From positions 30,787,372-30,824,807 of the forward strand of contig NC_069005.1 in NCBI RefSeq assembly GCF_001194135.2: a DNA stretch of 37,436 nucleotides, in the 5' to 3' direction. Below are positions 34,737 to 37,436 of this stretch, one piece after another. The DNA comes from Octopus bimaculoides (Eukaryota). Each line of letters opens with the position of its first letter. The stretch's first letter is position 1. Position numbers and translations under genes: made by a program. The notes beneath the pieces were generated by a model. That model was not told the DNA's origin. It did not search any database and saw only the letters and a list, made by a program, of their open reading frames with translations.

Positions 34737-34758
34737 ACAATATTACGACATAATCTAA
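34737..34758 (+). CDS. Candidate terminal coding segment xQYYDII* (possible AATAAA at 35127-35132)
   Basis: Strong acceptor gcgtgtctcttccacag|; phase-compatible with 33035-33065. Inference only. Confidence 0.15.
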
Positions 34759-35749
34759 AGAACTTATGTCTATACCTGTATCATCTTCAGTATTTCTTTT
34801 TCCATGACATTTCTGTCAGTGTTTCTTAAACGAGCCTTTTACCAAACACTGTATTTTCGTGACTCGAACACTCAGCTCTTTAGCATTCCGCATGCATAGA
34901 TGAATGTAAAAGGTCGGACTGAATTGAACATTTACAATGACATAAACTTAAACGATCATTATATACATAAATATAAATGTCATATACGCTAGTGTCAATG
35001 ATATGACAGTAAGCTTTGTCTAAAAATAGAGCTTCGAAAATATATGTTAAACAGAATGAACATATCTCTGTGAGCTTCAGAACATTACAGAGGAAACACA
35101 CTTTCGCTGTAAGCAGGGTGTGAAGAAATAAAGGCAATATCATCTGTGAGGGGGTGGACAGTTTAAATTCTTACTGTCTCATGCCTCAAGTGTGTTTTAT
35201 AAGTGATACAACTAAAAAACACCTCCATCCTCAGAAACAACGGAAAACAGGGCCTTAAAAGCATCATAATCCATCCTGGTGCAAAACAATGCACTGAGGC
35301 ACCGACACGTACAAAGTCGGTGCACACAGATTACTATTGGACTCCTAGACTCGTGGGACCGCCAAGTTGGTATTTAAAGTGTTACACTTTTGGTACCAAC
35401 CCAACCGAGACGGCCCCTTGTTCTGTGGCACAAACTTCCCGTTTTAAAATGATCTAAATTAAAATCTTGCAGCAAAGTTTCATGTTACATTTGTGTCCCA
35501 AATACCCAGTTTGATAATAACAAACTTATTTTACTAAATTCTACATTATTTTCAAAATTAATTAAAACAAAACTAGAGCATTCTAACAGAAATATGGTAA
35601 CAAAAGGTGATAGGGTGGGAAAATACCTAATAATATATAGAATGATCAAGAAAAAAGGGGGAAACAACATGAAAGAAGGAATACAAGATTTAAGAAACCT
35701 TCACTGGCTTAGAACAGCAAATGGTAATTAAAGAGGCTTAAAAAGTAAA

Positions 35750-37200
35750 GGAACATATATGGAAGAGATACAGGGAGAGAATAAGGCGGGGAAGAGGACT
35801 GACCCTCAAATGGTGGGCATCTTAATACCGAAGCAGCGATGGAAATTGGCTTTTGATCTTCGTATTTTTTACTACGACCTTAGTTGAACAGTGACAGTTC
35901 ACATCTACCTTTGATCACTGCATTTAGTAACACTTTGCAAAAACCGTGATAGTGTTTACTTTGTTTTTTAGCCATTGTAAACAAGACTTTACTTGAGGAG
36001 TTACAATATGTAACTGGAGAGAATATCTATTACCAAGACGTAGTTTAAATGCAGTAAACAAATTAAATCCTTAACTTCTGAATCTTGTGTACCCTCAGTA
36101 AATCTGGACCGATTTGGCGGAGGTAAAGAATACGCACACCACCCGTTTTCGGCCTAACCCTAACCATCGGTTGTATGTATTCTTTACCTTCGTCGATATT
36201 CTACTTTTCTGTATAAATTTTTTCCTATCTCAAAAACACAAGACACACTACTGTTCCCACGTGTGGACAATACAGTATATTTCAAACAAAACGCAAAAGA
36301 TTTTGGTTTTATTGTCTTGTGAGTTTTTCTTTCACCATTGAACGAGTGCCGAATTAACCATTAAATAATATAAACACGTGTTTAGGAAACCAAAGAAATT
36401 AAACTGAGTATACCCCCCGCCACAGCCGAATTTGCTATGCAACTTTATGGCAAATGCGTTTTGTTTTGTTTTTTAATGAATTAATTGTTGAAAATTTGCA
36501 GTTTTCTCTTGCCTCTGTTATCAACGAAATCATTTATTTTCAGTGCTTATATTTCGGGTTAAATAAATAAAATAAAGCGAATTATATCTAACGTAGTTGT
36601 AGGTCTGACACGAAAGAAAACAATTTTTAATCTATTATGAGTCCTTTTATGCGTTTAACGTGTTGTCAGATATACAAAAGAAGGGTCGTCGAAGGGACGC
36701 CATTATCGGGGCCGGGTTTAAGTCCTCAGTTGGCTGGCCTTGAACCAGCTCAGCCTTACACCCAACAGCTATGGGCTTGTGGTTTCTTCTGCAACACCGC
36801 ACGAAGAAAAAAGGGCAAATGCGGATAAAGGGGGCGGTAAAAAGTTACTTGATGCAGAAGCATGGCAGTTCATATATCCATACAATTGTTTGGTTGACTT
36901 GAAGCAACACAAAACACAGCTGCAAAGTGAAGACAGAGAAGAACGAAGGGAACCAACAACGAACGGGGAGGAGACTCACTATCGCAAAAAAATAAATAGA
37001 TATGGTTTTATATTTATTATTATTTCATTTCCACTCAACAAGATAATTTGGTATTTTGTGAACAACGAACGAAATCCATTTGAATATTTCAGAATTTTCT
37101 TTTGTGAGTTATTTGTTTACTTATATATGTAGTGGACAGACAGGCTGGATATGAAGGAACGTTTGTAGCAAACTATTCTTGGAAGGTTGAAAGGTGGTTA
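35750..37200. promoter_or_regulatory. CpG-retaining, SINE-free, promoter-like or 5'-end region
   Basis: About 17 CpG counted by eye in 36600-37000 versus about 4-5 in 13741-14400; GC-box-like ggcgggg/ccccgcc/ggggcgg near 35787, 36414 and 36831; E-box palindrome taaacacgtgttta at 36371-36384; no recognised SINEs. Confidence 0.3.
36116..36194 (+). ncRNA. Pre-miRNA-sized hairpin candidate (79 nt)
   Basis: 18-bp stem ggcggaggtaaagaatac / gtattctttaccttcgtc; both deviations are G-U pairs on the plus strand; stem extends inward with mismatches. No expression evidence. Confidence 0.2.
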
Positions 37201-37403
37201 ATCTTGTTAAATAAACGTAGTCTCTGAGTCATACACGTAAGGTGACAAACTATTTTGCTTTTCTTTGCTATTTGTTGTGCTATTAAATCATATTAATTCT
37301 CTATAATAACTCCAATGAATGAATGAATGGATTTGTGTGAGAATGTTTAACATACATAGCAACAGACTGCGAAGGACAACAAACTTCTAATTATATATAT
37401 ATA

Positions 37404-37436
<33 letters not shown>

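Noticed and set aside
35299-35323. Hairpin gcaccgac-acgtacaaa-gtcggtgc resembling the SpCas9 tracrRNA terminal stem (ggcaccgagtcggtgc)
   Set aside because: Only an 8-bp stem in eukaryotic DNA; no CRISPR repeats, cas genes or other tracrRNA parts; chance or a transposon-type stem-loop.
36153-36165. cctaaccctaacc telomere-like motif as an interstitial telomere
   Set aside because: Only two units; too short to indicate a fusion or healing site.
36740-37132. 130-aa plus ORF
   Set aside because: Starts at TTG, runs into AT-rich non-coding-like sequence, and has no recognisable motif; kept only as part of the promoter-like zone.

Overview
This is AT-rich animal genomic DNA from a gapped draft assembly: 8 N-gaps, dense (CA)n/(TA)n/(AG)n/(TAA)n microsatellites and long degenerate CA/TA tracts. 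The repeat families resemble those I recall from octopus, so a coleoid cephalopod (probably Octopus) is my inference; I could not run a search. It is not prokaryotic, and I see no CRISPR array, rRNA, true tRNA gene or recognisable intact protein-coding gene. Most ORFs in the track are microsatellite or N-gap artefacts. Well supported content: (1) at least three tRNA-headed SINE families in more than 30 copies or fragments, one forming same-orientation chains separated by (TAA)n; (2) four kinds of MITE: hAT-type with a perfect 8-bp TSD, piggyBac-type with TTAA, mariner-type in two copies, and a fold-back element; (3) two LINE remnants that the ORF track misses, an R4/Dong-type endonuclease C-terminus (11031-11340, minus) and a Rex3/Expander-type RTE 3' end whose last ~50 codons are tandemly triplicated (13166-13765, minus). 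Other observations are local templated duplications, several long hairpins (two pre-miRNA-sized), a CpG-retaining promoter-like zone at the right end, and low-confidence candidate small exons on both strands. I found no clear new biological system. The most unusual items are the triplicated RTE terminus, the polarised SINE chains, the templated insertions and the hairpins.
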